Below are positions 26,822 through 37,862 of a stretch of DNA of 64,000 bases, one piece after another. The notes beneath the pieces were generated by a model, which worked only from the letters and a program-made list of their open reading frames with translations, ran no database searches and was not told the DNA's origin. The stretch spans positions 89,999-153,998 of the forward strand of contig NW_014577087.1 of assembly GCF_000485595.1 (NCBI RefSeq). The letters run 5' to 3'. Both the position numbers and the translations under genes were made by a program. The DNA is from Priapulus caudatus (Eukaryota). Position 1 is the first letter of the stretch. Every line of letters starts with the position of its first letter.

Positions 26822-26902
26822 TGGTTGCGTGTTGCTGTCGTTGCGCGTGCGTGTGTGTGTGTGTGTGTGTGTGTAGTGTGTGTATGTGTGTGTGTGTGTT
26901 GT
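24560..26902 (-). repeat. Block C, inverted copy
   Basis: e.g. catggaaataagaatcaatagatagcgc (about 26013-26040) is the reverse complement of gcgctatctattgattcttatttccatg (about 18787-18813). Confidence 0.9.
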
Positions 26903-27392
26903 NNNNNNNNNNNNNNNNNNNNNNNNNNNNNNNNNNNNNNNNNNNNNNNNNNNNNNNNNNNNNNNNNNNNNNNNNNNNNNNNNNNNNNNNNNNNNNNNNN
27001 NNNNNNNNNNNNNNNNNNNNNNNNNNNNNNNNNNNNNNNNNNNNNNNNNNNNNNNNNNNNNNNNNNNNNNNNNNNNNNNNNNNNNNNNNNNNNNNNNNNN
27101 NNNNNNNNNNNNNNNNNNNNNNNNNNNNNNNNNNNNNNNNNNNNNNNNNNNNNNNNNNNNNNNNNNNNNNNNNNNNNNNNNNNNNNNNNNNNNNNNNNNN
27201 NNNNNNNNNNNNNNNNNNNNNNNNNNNNNNNNNNNNNNNNNNNNNNNNNNNNNNNNNNNNNNNNNNNNNNNNNNNNNNNNNNNNNNNNNNNNNNNNNNNN
27301 NNNNNNNNNNNNNNNNNNNNNNNNNNNNNNNNNNNNNNNNNNNNNNNNNNNNNNNNNNNNNNNNNNNNNNNNNNNNNNNNNNNNNNNNNNNN

Positions 27393-27464
<72 letters not shown>

Positions 27465-27469
<5 letters not shown>

Positions 27470-28800
27470 GTGGGGATGCGGGTGTGAGGTCACGTGGCAG
27501 TTGAGTGCGGATTCACGTGCTCTGTGCATGCGAGGTCAAATGATTTGTCTGTGAGATCACAGGTTGCGGGTCTGCCACCAAAGATGTGAAAGGTGAACTG
27601 TACTTGGTATCTAATAAGTGACAAGAAAATGAAATGGGAATATTAGGCCTAGTTTTGGCACAAAAACAACGCGGAGTGGGCAGGAAACATGGCGCTGATG
27701 GTACTGCCAGCCTGATAGACTTCAAGTGATAGCTGTAGGCTTCATCGGATGTGGCACGTCTGCTGCCAGACAAACGTGGATGTCTCTATATATCAACATA
27801 ATTCGATACTGTTTCAGACAACTGCACTGTGCACATATATACATACTGCTCTTGACATTGTGACTCATGCCTGCTGCGTGGTACCCAGTAGCGGATAGCT
27901 TGAAGTATTTTACATATACTATAGATAGTCGCTAGCAAGCTTCCAGCCATATTGAATTATGAGCCAGTGATTATTATGGCTAATTGGCTTATGTTCTATC
28001 TGAGGCATAAGAAGCACATTTTTCGGTTGACAGGAACAATGACTAACTGATGATGAAAATCTGCTAGGCCTTTGTCGCGATGGTTTAGCGAACATTAATA
28101 TCAGCTCAAAGGCGTATGGAACATTATAGTTCTAGTAGCATAGAAGAGCAGGGAGCAAGATAGAGAGAAAGCGCGCAAGGGGACATGGAACATAGTCTAG
28201 CAGAGCAAAGATAATTGTAACACGGGGTAGACGGGCAAAGCAGCGGGGTGACAGCCTGAAAGTTCAAGTGGCATGGTGGCAGCCTGGAAAAACAAGGGAC
28301 TACGGGAATGCGTCCTGAAAAAGCAGCGTAACAGGATGGAACAGCTTGGAAGAGCAAGGAGACGGGGTGACACACCCTGGAAGAACAAGAACAAGGGGGC
28401 AATGTGACACATCCGGGAGGAGCAGATGGCATGGTGACAAAGTCTAGAAGAGCATGTGGCAGAGTAACACAGCCTAAAGGAACAAGGAGACAAAGTGAAA
28501 TATCTTAGAACAGCAAAAGGCCATGGTGACGCAGCATTAGAGAGCAAGGGGCATAGTGACGCATCATGTGAGAGCAAGGGGACATGGTGACGCAGCATGT
28601 GAGAGCAAGGGGACATGGTGACACAGCATGTGAGAGTAAGAGGGCATGGTGACGCAGCATGTCAGAGTAAGAGGGCATGGTGACGCAGCATGTCAGAGTA
28701 AGAGGGCATGGTGACACCGCATGTGAGAGCAATGAGACATGGTGACGCAGCATGTGAGAACAAGAGAGCATGGTGACGCAGCATGTGAGAGCAAGGGGAC
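27465..28800 (+). repeat. Block D copy 2 with shorter 31-bp minisatellite array
   Basis: Matches 20390-21857 with SNPs; array at about 28520-28800 has fewer units and continues into unique sequence. Confidence 0.95.
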
Positions 28801-30029
28801 GCGTTAACACTGCATGCGAGAGCAAGTGGGGGGGGGGATATACGACACAATGACGGCTACTGGCGATTATTGGGATTTTGCTATAGCAATGAATGCGTGG
28901 TAATATTAAGCTCGCATTCATGGCGCCCTCCCTCCCCCCACACACAGTTCATCTATTTTTTAGTCTCGCCGTCTCGTGAATGCACTGAGATTATCGTTGT
29001 CACCGTAAACCACAGGGCTTTGTTAATTTCATCCACGCGGAGCTCCGGATCGGATTTCTACCGCGGAACAGTAATGCGGAATGGCATTTTCGGCGTAAAG
29101 GGACGGCTCTCGGGAGACAGATGCGTGTGTATACGTGATTATGGCAACTTTGTAAAAAAAGTGTATCCCTTTGTCTTCACGTGTTGGCGCACTATACCTG
29201 GAGATTTTGATTACGCGAGTATACAGCTGATTAGGCGAAATCATACGCTTTTGCTGGATCAACAGCTTTTCTGTGTGTGCGTGCGTGCGGGGTGGGTGTG
29301 CGTGCGGGGGTGGGTGTAAGCGTGGATGTGCGTGTTTCACTATGGCTGCCGCGGAGGATGTGAAATGAGAATAAGAAAGAGGGAGATGGGTGCCCGCTAG
29401 GAGAGAGAGATAGAGAAAGGAAGAGAGTGAGAGGGAGAGAGGGAAGGAGGGAGAGAACGCGAGTGAAAGAGATTGATGTGCGTGCGTGCGCGCGTGCGTG
29501 TGTGTGCGCGTGGGCGCGTGTGTGTTTAGACAAACATATTTTTTCATGAGCTCGCATGACGAACGTGCACGCCTGCGTAACATGGCTCACCAACCAAGCT
29601 TCGCAGTCTGCAGAGCCTTCGTCATAGGATATGAGTCTGTCTAGCATTTCCTGTAAGCAGTTTCAATTGCGACATAAACAGGCGTGATTCATAAAGGCAT
29701 GGTTCGTTTTACCCTATATACAATATGCCAGTGCCCCTACCACCCATTTGCTCCACGCTTGTACCATTCCTACGCGACTTACGTTTCCTCTTTACAGAGA
29801 GGCATATCCGCGAGTGAGAAAATCTTATCTACACTGGTTATTTAAGACCACGACATGTACAAATGACATGGTATACATTACATAGCATAAACTGACAATG
29901 ACGTAGGAAAGGTGTTTTTGTTAACCTAATAACAGCTAATTTCGCCATGCAGGGGTGGTGGATAAGCAATGCACCCCGTACCGTCACCTCAGACAGCTCC
30001 TATTCGATACCCGTCTTGGTGTAGTTAGC

Positions 30030-30405
30030 ATGGTAATATAAATGATAATAGTAATGGTAATAGCAATGGTAATAGTAATAGTAAAGGCAATAGTAATGAC
30101 AATATCATGCATGCCATGTCAATGAAAATCATTGTTATGCAAATAGTAAAGGTAATGATGATAGTAATCGTATAGTAATGGTAATGGTAATTGTAATGGT
30201 ATTGGTAATTGTTAGGGCGATGGTAGTAGTAATGGTAATTGTAATGGTAATTGTAATAGTAACGGTAATGGCAAAGGTAATTGTATTGGAATTGATAACG
30301 GTAATGATAATAGTAATTGTAATTGTAATGGTAATGTTAATGGTAATGACAATGGTAATGATAATAGTAATTGTAATGATAATTATAGCAGTAATGAAGA
30401 TTGTA
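30030..30405. repeat. Degenerate (GTAATG/GTAATA)n hexamer repeat
   Basis: Directly visible; explains the MVMVIV ORF. Confidence 0.9.
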
Positions 30406-30829
30406 TAGGATAGCGGACCCGTAGCCCGTAGTTAGTACGGATCAGACCATGTAACAACATTTTTTTATCGAGAAGTAGCCGTAGCATCAAAAAGGATGAA
30501 TGAACACGAATGCTCGAACCGGCCGTGCAAGAAAATTGTAACTAAATATTTGAAATGGGGATGTAACATATCCGCTGCTTGTTTGTACTTAATCAAAATC
30601 AATCAAAATTTCACATTTGTTCAATTTCAGGAAGTAACTCTCATGAGATGTAAGCTGTATGTATACCGAATGAAAATACGTTAGCCTATACTGTCTAAAC
30701 AGCACGCGCATGCAGTATTTGCTGTCTTTTGTGAAGTAGAACCCCTATCTAACTTCATGCGTTAGCGTAGTTATGATATAAAACACTGAAATATGTTATA
30801 ATAAATGAAATTAGAATTCAGTATCACAT

Positions 30830-30835
30830 TTTATT
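30830..30835 (-). terminator. Candidate polyadenylation signal (AATAAA) of the small GPI-protein gene
   Basis: AATAAA on the minus strand about 1.4 kb after the stop, followed by T/GT-rich sequence; alternative AATAAA hexamers lie in the (TTTA)n tract near 31431-31450. Confidence 0.3.
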
Positions 30836-31879
30836 AATAAAGACAGTGTACATTATGATTACAAAAATGTTTGTAAAAAAAACTCCGATTTTCGTCGTGT
30901 TTCACACTGTACTTACTCCTAACTGCGACATGTTTTAAACAATTGTTCATGCTGGCGTAAGCCATTGCAGAGGAAATGGTCTGGCCGCCACAATCGTAAA
31001 CTAAAAAACTCATTTAGATTAGCTGAAAACATTCGGACGAAAGCAGCTTACCCGCTCTCGTGAATGACACACCCGGAAATAAAAAACCAGTTGGAACATG
31101 CTACAGTCAATTATTTTTTATGCGGTAATCATTTTCTCGGCAGACCTCGGTGTTTGTCCTATATTAATGGACGCAGCCGAGCAATTTGACGTACTTCAAA
31201 TGCCTTCCGCCAGCTATAAGCAGCCCTGGGACTTATGAGAACGCGCGTGATAGAGGCTTATCCCTAAATGAAGCCCATACAAATGAAGCCTGCACCACAT
31301 GGGAACTAATGTGCGAGCGACTATTGGCCTTCTGTCGGTGCGCGCACTCACGCGTGCCATACACGCGCCCTGCTACACCAACTCAGTCTGTCTTACTTAC
31401 TTTACGTACGCATATATATATATATATATATTTATTTATTTATTTATTTATATATATATATATATAAACGAAACATCGAGCGAAGCAATCATCGAATTCC
31501 CGCACTCAAAAGATTGAAAACATTCCTGCTTTCATTTCAGGTTATCTATGATGACAGGACTGAAATTACGCGAGTGGCAAGCGGCCCTAGGCATGCAGAA
31601 GCACCGTGGCATTGCCAGCGAACGGTCGCATGGCAGAAATTGCCAGACCTGCCAGGAACCTTCGTATGTCATTCTGCAATCTTCACTCTCTACCCGGCAT
31701 GCGTGTCCCGTCCGACATCAGGATCGCTGCTGATCGCGTTGCGTGTGAGTAGGGCGTGTATCACTGACATATCTCTGGGTGCAACTACCGTGTACGCTGC
31801 GGGTGACCCTGCCATGGTATCCGCTTACTGTTCAGACATATGCTCAGATATGTGGTAAATCACGGGTCTCGTCGATGTA

Positions 31880-32245
31880 AGGTTTCATGTAGAGGGCGCG
31901 CCAGACGCTAATTCTCCGGTCAGTAACAGTTATCAGAGAGGGATTTATGTAGAGGGCGCGTCAGACGCTGATTCTCCGGTCAGTCACAGTTATCAGTGAG
32001 GGTTTCATGTAGAGGGCGCGCCAGACGCTGGTTCTCCGATCAGTCGCAGTTATCAGTGAGGGTTTCATGTAGAGGGCGCGCCAGACGCTGGTTCTCCGAT
32101 CAGTCGCAGTTATCAGTGAGGGTTTCATGTAGAGGGCGCGCCAGACGCTGGTTCTCCAATCTGTAGCAGTTGTCAGTTCAGGGATTCATGTAGAGGGTGC
32201 GCCAGACGCTGATTCTTCAGACAAATGTAGTTATCGCATGAGGAA
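31880..32245. repeat. 60-bp tandem repeat, about 6 copies, in the 3' UTR of the GPI-protein gene
   Basis: Unit ggtttcatgtagagggcgcgccagacgctggttctccgatcagtcgcagttatcagtgag recurs in register every 60 nt; central copies identical, outer copies diverged. Confidence 0.95.
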
Positions 32246-32340
32246 CATAAGCAGGTAGGTGGTGAGCAGCCAGTACACGGAGAACGGAGCGCCTGAGTCC
32301 GCCCCGCTCACAGTAGTGTTGGTGGTGGCGGCGGTTGTAA
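32231..32340 (-). CDS. Exon 3 (terminal coding exon, GPI-anchor signal)
   Basis: Branch-like ctaac plus acceptor ttatttgcag; phase 1 (G|TT = Val); encodes VTTAATTNTTVSGADSGAPFSVYWLLTTYLLMFLMR then TAA at 32233-32231; small-residue SGA omega-site candidates, spacer and terminal hydrophobic tail. Confidence 0.85.
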
Positions 32341-33634
32341 CTGCAAATAACGAACGTTAGGTGACCGGTTAACACGCGGCTACGTTATAGACGGTAGCTC
32401 TTTGTTTATATATACATACTGTGTAACTCTTTGCTTGTCAGCAACAAGTCAAGACCTTGTTTGGTAGCAAGTGTGACGCGACGCATTATTCGTAATTAAT
32501 ATAGTTGGTATATAGCGTGTCAAGCTGAATAGTTTGGTCGCGGATGCGGTGTTGTGTTTGATTGCCCTGTGGGGAGTCAGGTACTAGATGCATGTGATAG
32601 TGAGTGCGCTCGCCTGCGGGCGTGTGCGCGTGTTTTGATCTGTTTCTATATCGTTTTATATTAAAGTTTTGCCGTTTATAATGCACAAGTTTGGACTTCA
32701 GAGTATATTTTTATGCGTCCCCCGACTATTCAAACCCTACAACATAACTTAACCGACATGTCTGCCGACATTATGCATGCGCATGAGCTCTCGTGGTTCG
32801 TGCGCTGCGAACCCAGCCAGGATGCATGTGCCGGCAGTCTAATATGGTAATAGGTTCGCTCGCTTTGAGCTGCTTCGGCAGAGCGTTTATTTGCCATCAC
32901 GATTAGTTTACCGCTTAACATTTGCGGTGATTTTCATTTGACGCCATTCCTCGCTGAACGAGAGGGGGCCTTTTCGCATCGCATAGCTACTTACGGCTAA
33001 ACGTTCCCCGCTACGTTTATCCACGCGGATAATGGGAAATATGCTATATTTGGCGAAAAATTGCTTACGATTTTGACGATAACACGATTTACTCTTATAC
33101 ACAATTAGTTTCTTGCTGCAGATCCAATAGCTATTTCTGTATTTTGAATCCTGTGTTCTGATGTTACGCTAAAGCCGACGGTTGCACTGGTAATAAAAAC
33201 TATTTCCACGTTACTAATTATTCTGCACTTTTGATCCGAATTCAAAATTGGAATAATACCCAACACGCACGCACGCACGCACACATGCACGTACAAACAC
33301 ACACCCACATACCCCCCACACACACATACACAAACCAAATGCGTACGCAATCCTGAAACGTTAATGCAGTATTATTGAACGAGTCAAACCCTCCACCTGG
33401 TCCCGTGGCCTTATTCCGTTGTGATAAAATCTCTTGGTTCGCAATCACAATAAGCGTCGGTATGGCAGCACGGGTTTCTGGCAGCCCTTCCTGCACTCAT
33501 TGTCCCGCATTGATTAGCTGTCACGCATTAACGCGCATTAAGTCCTAAAACAATGTGCAAACGAAACGAGCCGGACATGCAAATCTAAGCGCCACGCAAA
33601 GCGTAGAAGCGAAGTATACCACACGGGAACATAC

Positions 33635-33719
33635 CAGTTGTTGCTGCTGCCGTCGTCAGATTAGATAATCCGCCGTAGTCCGGATAATCCTCCGTGGCAT
33701 TCTGCACGAACTGATCCGG
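33635..33719 (-). CDS. Exon 2 of the small GPI-anchored mucin-like glycoprotein
   Basis: Acceptor with long T tract then gctgcag, 85 nt, donor CTG|gtatgt; phase 0 in, phase 1 out, matching both neighbouring exons; encodes PDQFVQNATEDYPDYGGLSNLTTAAATT. Confidence 0.85.
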
Positions 33720-34273
33720 CTGCAGCAAAAAAAAACGCAATACAGAAACATACAGAATGACTCCTGTCTGTCTAGCGGTGTACTACGGCTAGGTGTGTCG
33801 CGCTAAGCTGGAATTGCGGGTGTAGCTACTAGCTAGATGAATTTCGCGTAATCCTAGCTGTCGGCGGAGAGCGAAATATATAGAAACCCTACGTATATGG
33901 GTAGTCGTCGCGTAAGCCGCAAGTAAATATCAGCCGGTCACTCTCGACAGTGTTAAAGTGAACGCTGTTATGTGTCGCGGGTGTCGCATGGGCACACGTG
34001 GACACGGTGCGTGCGTGAGTGTGTACGTGCGCGTACGTTTGCGTGTAAGCGCATGTGCGTGAGTGTGTACGTGTGCGTACGTTTGCGTGTAAGCGCATGT
34101 GCGTGCGTGCGTGTATACGTGCGCGTGTGTGTGCATGCGTGCGTGCGCGTGTTCTTGTACGTGCGTATGCGTGTACGCGTATCTGCGTGCGTGCGTGTGT
34201 ACGTGCGTGCGTGTGTACGTGCGTACATGCGATCGTACGTGTAAGTGTTTTCGCCCATGCGTCGTTGACTTAC

Positions 34274-34372
34274 CGAATCCGGGATTGTTGCGTAGCAGAG
34301 CTGTAGGCAGACGATGTATACTATGAGGACAGCGAGAAAACGCGCCTGTAGAAAACTGACCAACGATCGCAT
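34274..34372 (-). CDS. Exon 1 (signal peptide) of a small GPI-anchored mucin-like glycoprotein
   Basis: ATG at 34372 with A at -3; 99 nt = MRSLVSFLQARFLAVLIVYIVCLQLCYA-TIPDS (basic N-terminus, hydrophobic core, C-Y-A cleavage motif); ends at a canonical phase-0 donor TCG|gtaagt. An internal acceptor-like ttttctacag (exon would start at 34345) means an upstream first exon cannot be excluded. Confidence 0.75.
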
Positions 34373-34558
34373 CTTGTGTTTATGAGTAAGTAGAGGCGTA
34401 TAAGCAAACTAAAGCACGTAGCAAAAGTGCGAGGATGATACTGGTCGCGTTTAGCTCAAAAGTCAGTAGCAAAACAGCGAACGACACGGTGGGGATCGGT
34501 AGGTTCTCTTGGCTCAAGTTGTCGAGCTCCTGCTGTCGCGGGAAGAAAGCAAGCACGG

Positions 34559-34566
34559 ATATATAA
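34559..34566 (-). promoter_or_regulatory. Candidate TATA box for the small GPI-protein gene
   Basis: TTATATAT on the minus strand about 190 nt upstream of the ATG at 34372; position only, not a perfect consensus. Confidence 0.3.
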
Positions 34567-35646
34567 CAGACACATTCACAGGATGTCGTTGCTACGCGTA
34601 TGACGACACGTTTGCGCTCGTAACGGGAAATGACGCACGGTTAGTATACGTCTCTGATCACCATATGTTGCTTTCAAGGTGGCGAGAAACCCATGAGGAA
34701 GGGCGAGTGTGGGAGAGAGAGGAGCGTTGTGAGGAGGGGGAGAAAGACAGTCAAAGAAAGAGTGGGAAAGGGGCGAGGAAGAGAGAGAGAGAAGAGAGAG
34801 AGGGCGGTAGAGAGAGAGAGAGAGAGAGAGAGCGAAGAAGATAATATGAAAAAATGCGGAAGGGTTTTCCCGGTCTGACGCGTTCTACGAATAACGTGGC
34901 AATGAGCGGAAGGAAATGCTGTAGGTTGTATTTACGTGTGCTACAGCGTGCGACCATGAGTTCGCTCACTCACACACACATTCTCACACGCAAGCACGCA
35001 CTCACGCACGCACACACGTACGCACACACGCACGCACGCACGCAAGCACGCACGCAAGCACGCACGCACACATACACACACGCCACCGCAGCCACCACGC
35101 ACGCACGACGCACACCACCACGCCACACGCACACACACACACACAATATATATATCTCAAGAGACTAATAATAACCCCCGTAACTAGGGTAGGTAGGTAT
35201 AATACCTACCTAGGTATTATTAGCTATTGATATATATATACAGTTTTATTTATGTTTATAACATATAGTATACAGTATATAGTTTTATTGTAGCTTATTA
35301 TGGAATGAGGCATGACACGTTTAGCTATGGTATCCGTGACACTGTATCGTAACTGTGTGATAGTATGCACAGAATGTATATTCATCGTGGGCTGCAGGAC
35401 ATTTTATGGAGTAGACTACAGGAACTTTATATAGTTCAATATTAAATAAACAGTAAATAAACACAGATTTCATTTGCCAACAATGTCTTAAAGTTTGTGT
35501 ACTCTCAATTGCCTATAATAATTCCACGTAAATGCCGTTTAAATGCTCAACACACATGTCACTACGCACGCACGCGCCTGTGCGCAAACTCACAGAAATA
35601 GAAATATCTATCTATTGCGGCGCAGGTAGCGTCCCTTACATATTAT

Positions 35647-35686
35647 CAGGAGCTAATAATGACAAATTTGTCATTATTAGCTCCTG
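35647..35686. mobile_element. 40-bp perfect palindrome with 7-bp flanking direct repeat (fused TIRs / transposon footprint)
   Basis: caggagctaataatgacaaa|tttgtcattattagctcctg, flanked on both sides by atattat (35640-35646, 35687-35693). Confidence 0.65.
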
Positions 35687-36169
35687 ATATTATATCATAA
35701 CAACGGAGCATCGTTCATCGCAGGTTCGTAACCCGGTGACTGCCCTGTGGAGTTAGTTCACCCTGCTGATCAGAGGTGAGAGCGTGGCTTGAAGTGATCG
35801 ACGTCGGGGAAAGGGGGTGAGTTTGACATCACGTTGACGACGAGTGAACGAGCAAGCGTAATGATCTCTTAACGATAATGAAAAACGACGCGCAGAAAGT
35901 CGCGCGGTGATTGAATAACAATTTCCTGCTTGTTTGCATAATTGCGATTTCCACCCCGGCAAATATTTACGTGGAATTAAAAAGAGGGCACGCGTGTTGT
36001 GGCAGCGGGAACATTAAAGTGCGGATATACACCCGCAATCTACTCGCATCCTGTGCTGTTAACGACAGCAGCAACTCAGCCAGAGATCTGTTCTGAGAAA
36101 AAGAAACGGAAAGACAGCTTGAAAGACAGACAGACAGACAGCCCGACAGACAGACAGACAGACAGACAG

Positions 36170-36219
<50 letters not shown>

Positions 36220-36878
36220 NNNNNNNNNNNNNNNNNNNNNNNNNNNNNNNNNNNNNNNNNNNNNNNNNNNNNNNNNNNNNNNNNNNNNNNNNNNNNNNNN
36301 NNNNNNNNNNNNNNNNNNNNNNNNNNNNNNNNNNNNNNNNNNNNNNNNNNNNNNNNNNNNNNNNNNNNNNNNNNNNNNNNNNNNNNNNNNNNNNNNNNNN
36401 NNNNNNNNNNNNNNNNNNNNNNNNNNNNNNNNNNNNNNNNNNNNNNNNNNNNNNNNNNNNNNNNNNNNNNNNNNNNNNNNNNNNNNNNNNNNNNNNNNNN
36501 NNNNNNNNNNNNNNNNNNNNNNNNNNNNNNNNNNNNNNNNNNNNNNNNNNNNNNNNNNNNNNNNNNNNNNNNNNNNNNNNNNNNNNNNNNNNNNNNNNNN
36601 NNNNNNNNNNNNNNNNNNNNNNNNNNNNNNNNNNNNNNNNNNNNNNNNNNNNNNNNNNNNNNNNNNNNNNNNNNNNNNNNNNNNNNNNNNNNNNNNNNNN
36701 NNNNNNNNNNNNNNNNNNNNNNNNNNNNNNNNNNNNNNNNNNNNNNNNNNNNNNNNNNNNNNNNNNNNNNNNNNNNNNNNNNNNNNNNNNNNNNNNNNNN
36801 NNNNNNNNNNNNNNNNNNNNNNNNNNNNNNNNNNNNNNNNNNNNNNNNNNNNNNNNNNNNNNNNNGGGTTTTTCTCGC

Positions 36879-36939
<61 letters not shown>

Positions 36940-37162
36940 CACTCTCTTTCTCTCTCTCACTCTTTCTCTCTCACACTTTCTCGATCCCCGTGTAATAACC
37001 GTTGCAGGTTGCCCGTGCGGCTGGAAAAACCTCCGCATCCTTAAGTAAATTGTTTCGGCGGAAATGAGAGTTGGAGCCAGGAAATATAATTAAATTTGTG
37101 TTCGCAGAGACCTCGTTGACGAAGTCGTACACGTGTCAGGCCCAATTTTCACGAACAACGTG

Positions 37163-37194
<32 letters not shown>

Positions 37195-37229
37195 GCTGCT
37201 GCTGCTGCTACTACTACTACTAATACTAA

Positions 37230-37279
<50 letters not shown>

Positions 37280-37570
37280 GTGGTGGTGGTGGTAGTAGTG
37301 GTGGCATTTCCTCTGCTGCTGTTGGTGCTGCTTCTGCCGTCACCGCCGCCGCCGCTGCTGCTACTACTGCTGCTGCAGCCTCTGCCGTTGCTACGGCTCC
37401 TGCTGCCTCCTCTCTTGTTTCTACTGCTGCTACTACTACCGGTGCTGTTGTTGTTGTTGTTGCTGCTGCTGCTGTTGTTGTTGTTGTTGGTGTTGCTGTT
37501 GCTGTTGTTGTTTCTCCTGCCGCTGCCGTTGCTGCTGGCGCTACTGCTGCCTATACTGCTGCTGCTGTTC
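37163..37570. repeat. Compound triplet microsatellite (CTG/CTA/GTG/GTT)
   Basis: Directly visible; explains the poly-Leu ORF at 37133. Confidence 0.9.
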
Positions 37571-37831
37571 GCTTACGTCGGGTGCTGGAGAGTAGAAAGA
37601 ACTCTCTCTCGACCAGTAAGTGTATTAGGTATATGTTTAAACACCGTAGCTAGAACCCTTATAACTATAACTAAGTACGCTATAACTATATAAAGTGGCT
37701 GTGGATGTTCGCTGATATTTGGGGAAGGTAACCGTGGCAAGATGGCTTCGCGCCGGCAGCGCCCCACAGCGACAGTTATCCATGCATACGATGTCTTGAA
37801 AGCTATGGTGTAAAAACTAAATTATAATAAC

Positions 37832-37862
<31 letters not shown>

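Noticed and set aside
31514..31858. Plus-strand 114-aa ORF with acceptor-like ttcatttcag
   Set aside because: No recognisable protein features and it is antisense to the probable 3' UTR of the minus-strand gene.
31880..32230. 60-bp repeat as a 20-aa coding repeat or CRISPR array
   Set aside because: It lies after the stop codon, outer units carry in-frame stops, and there are no spacers.
37577..37584. Possible 8-nt micro-exon on the minus strand (ctctccag CACCCGAC gtaagc)
   Set aside because: Good-looking splice signals but no partner exons could be linked; not supportable without transcripts.
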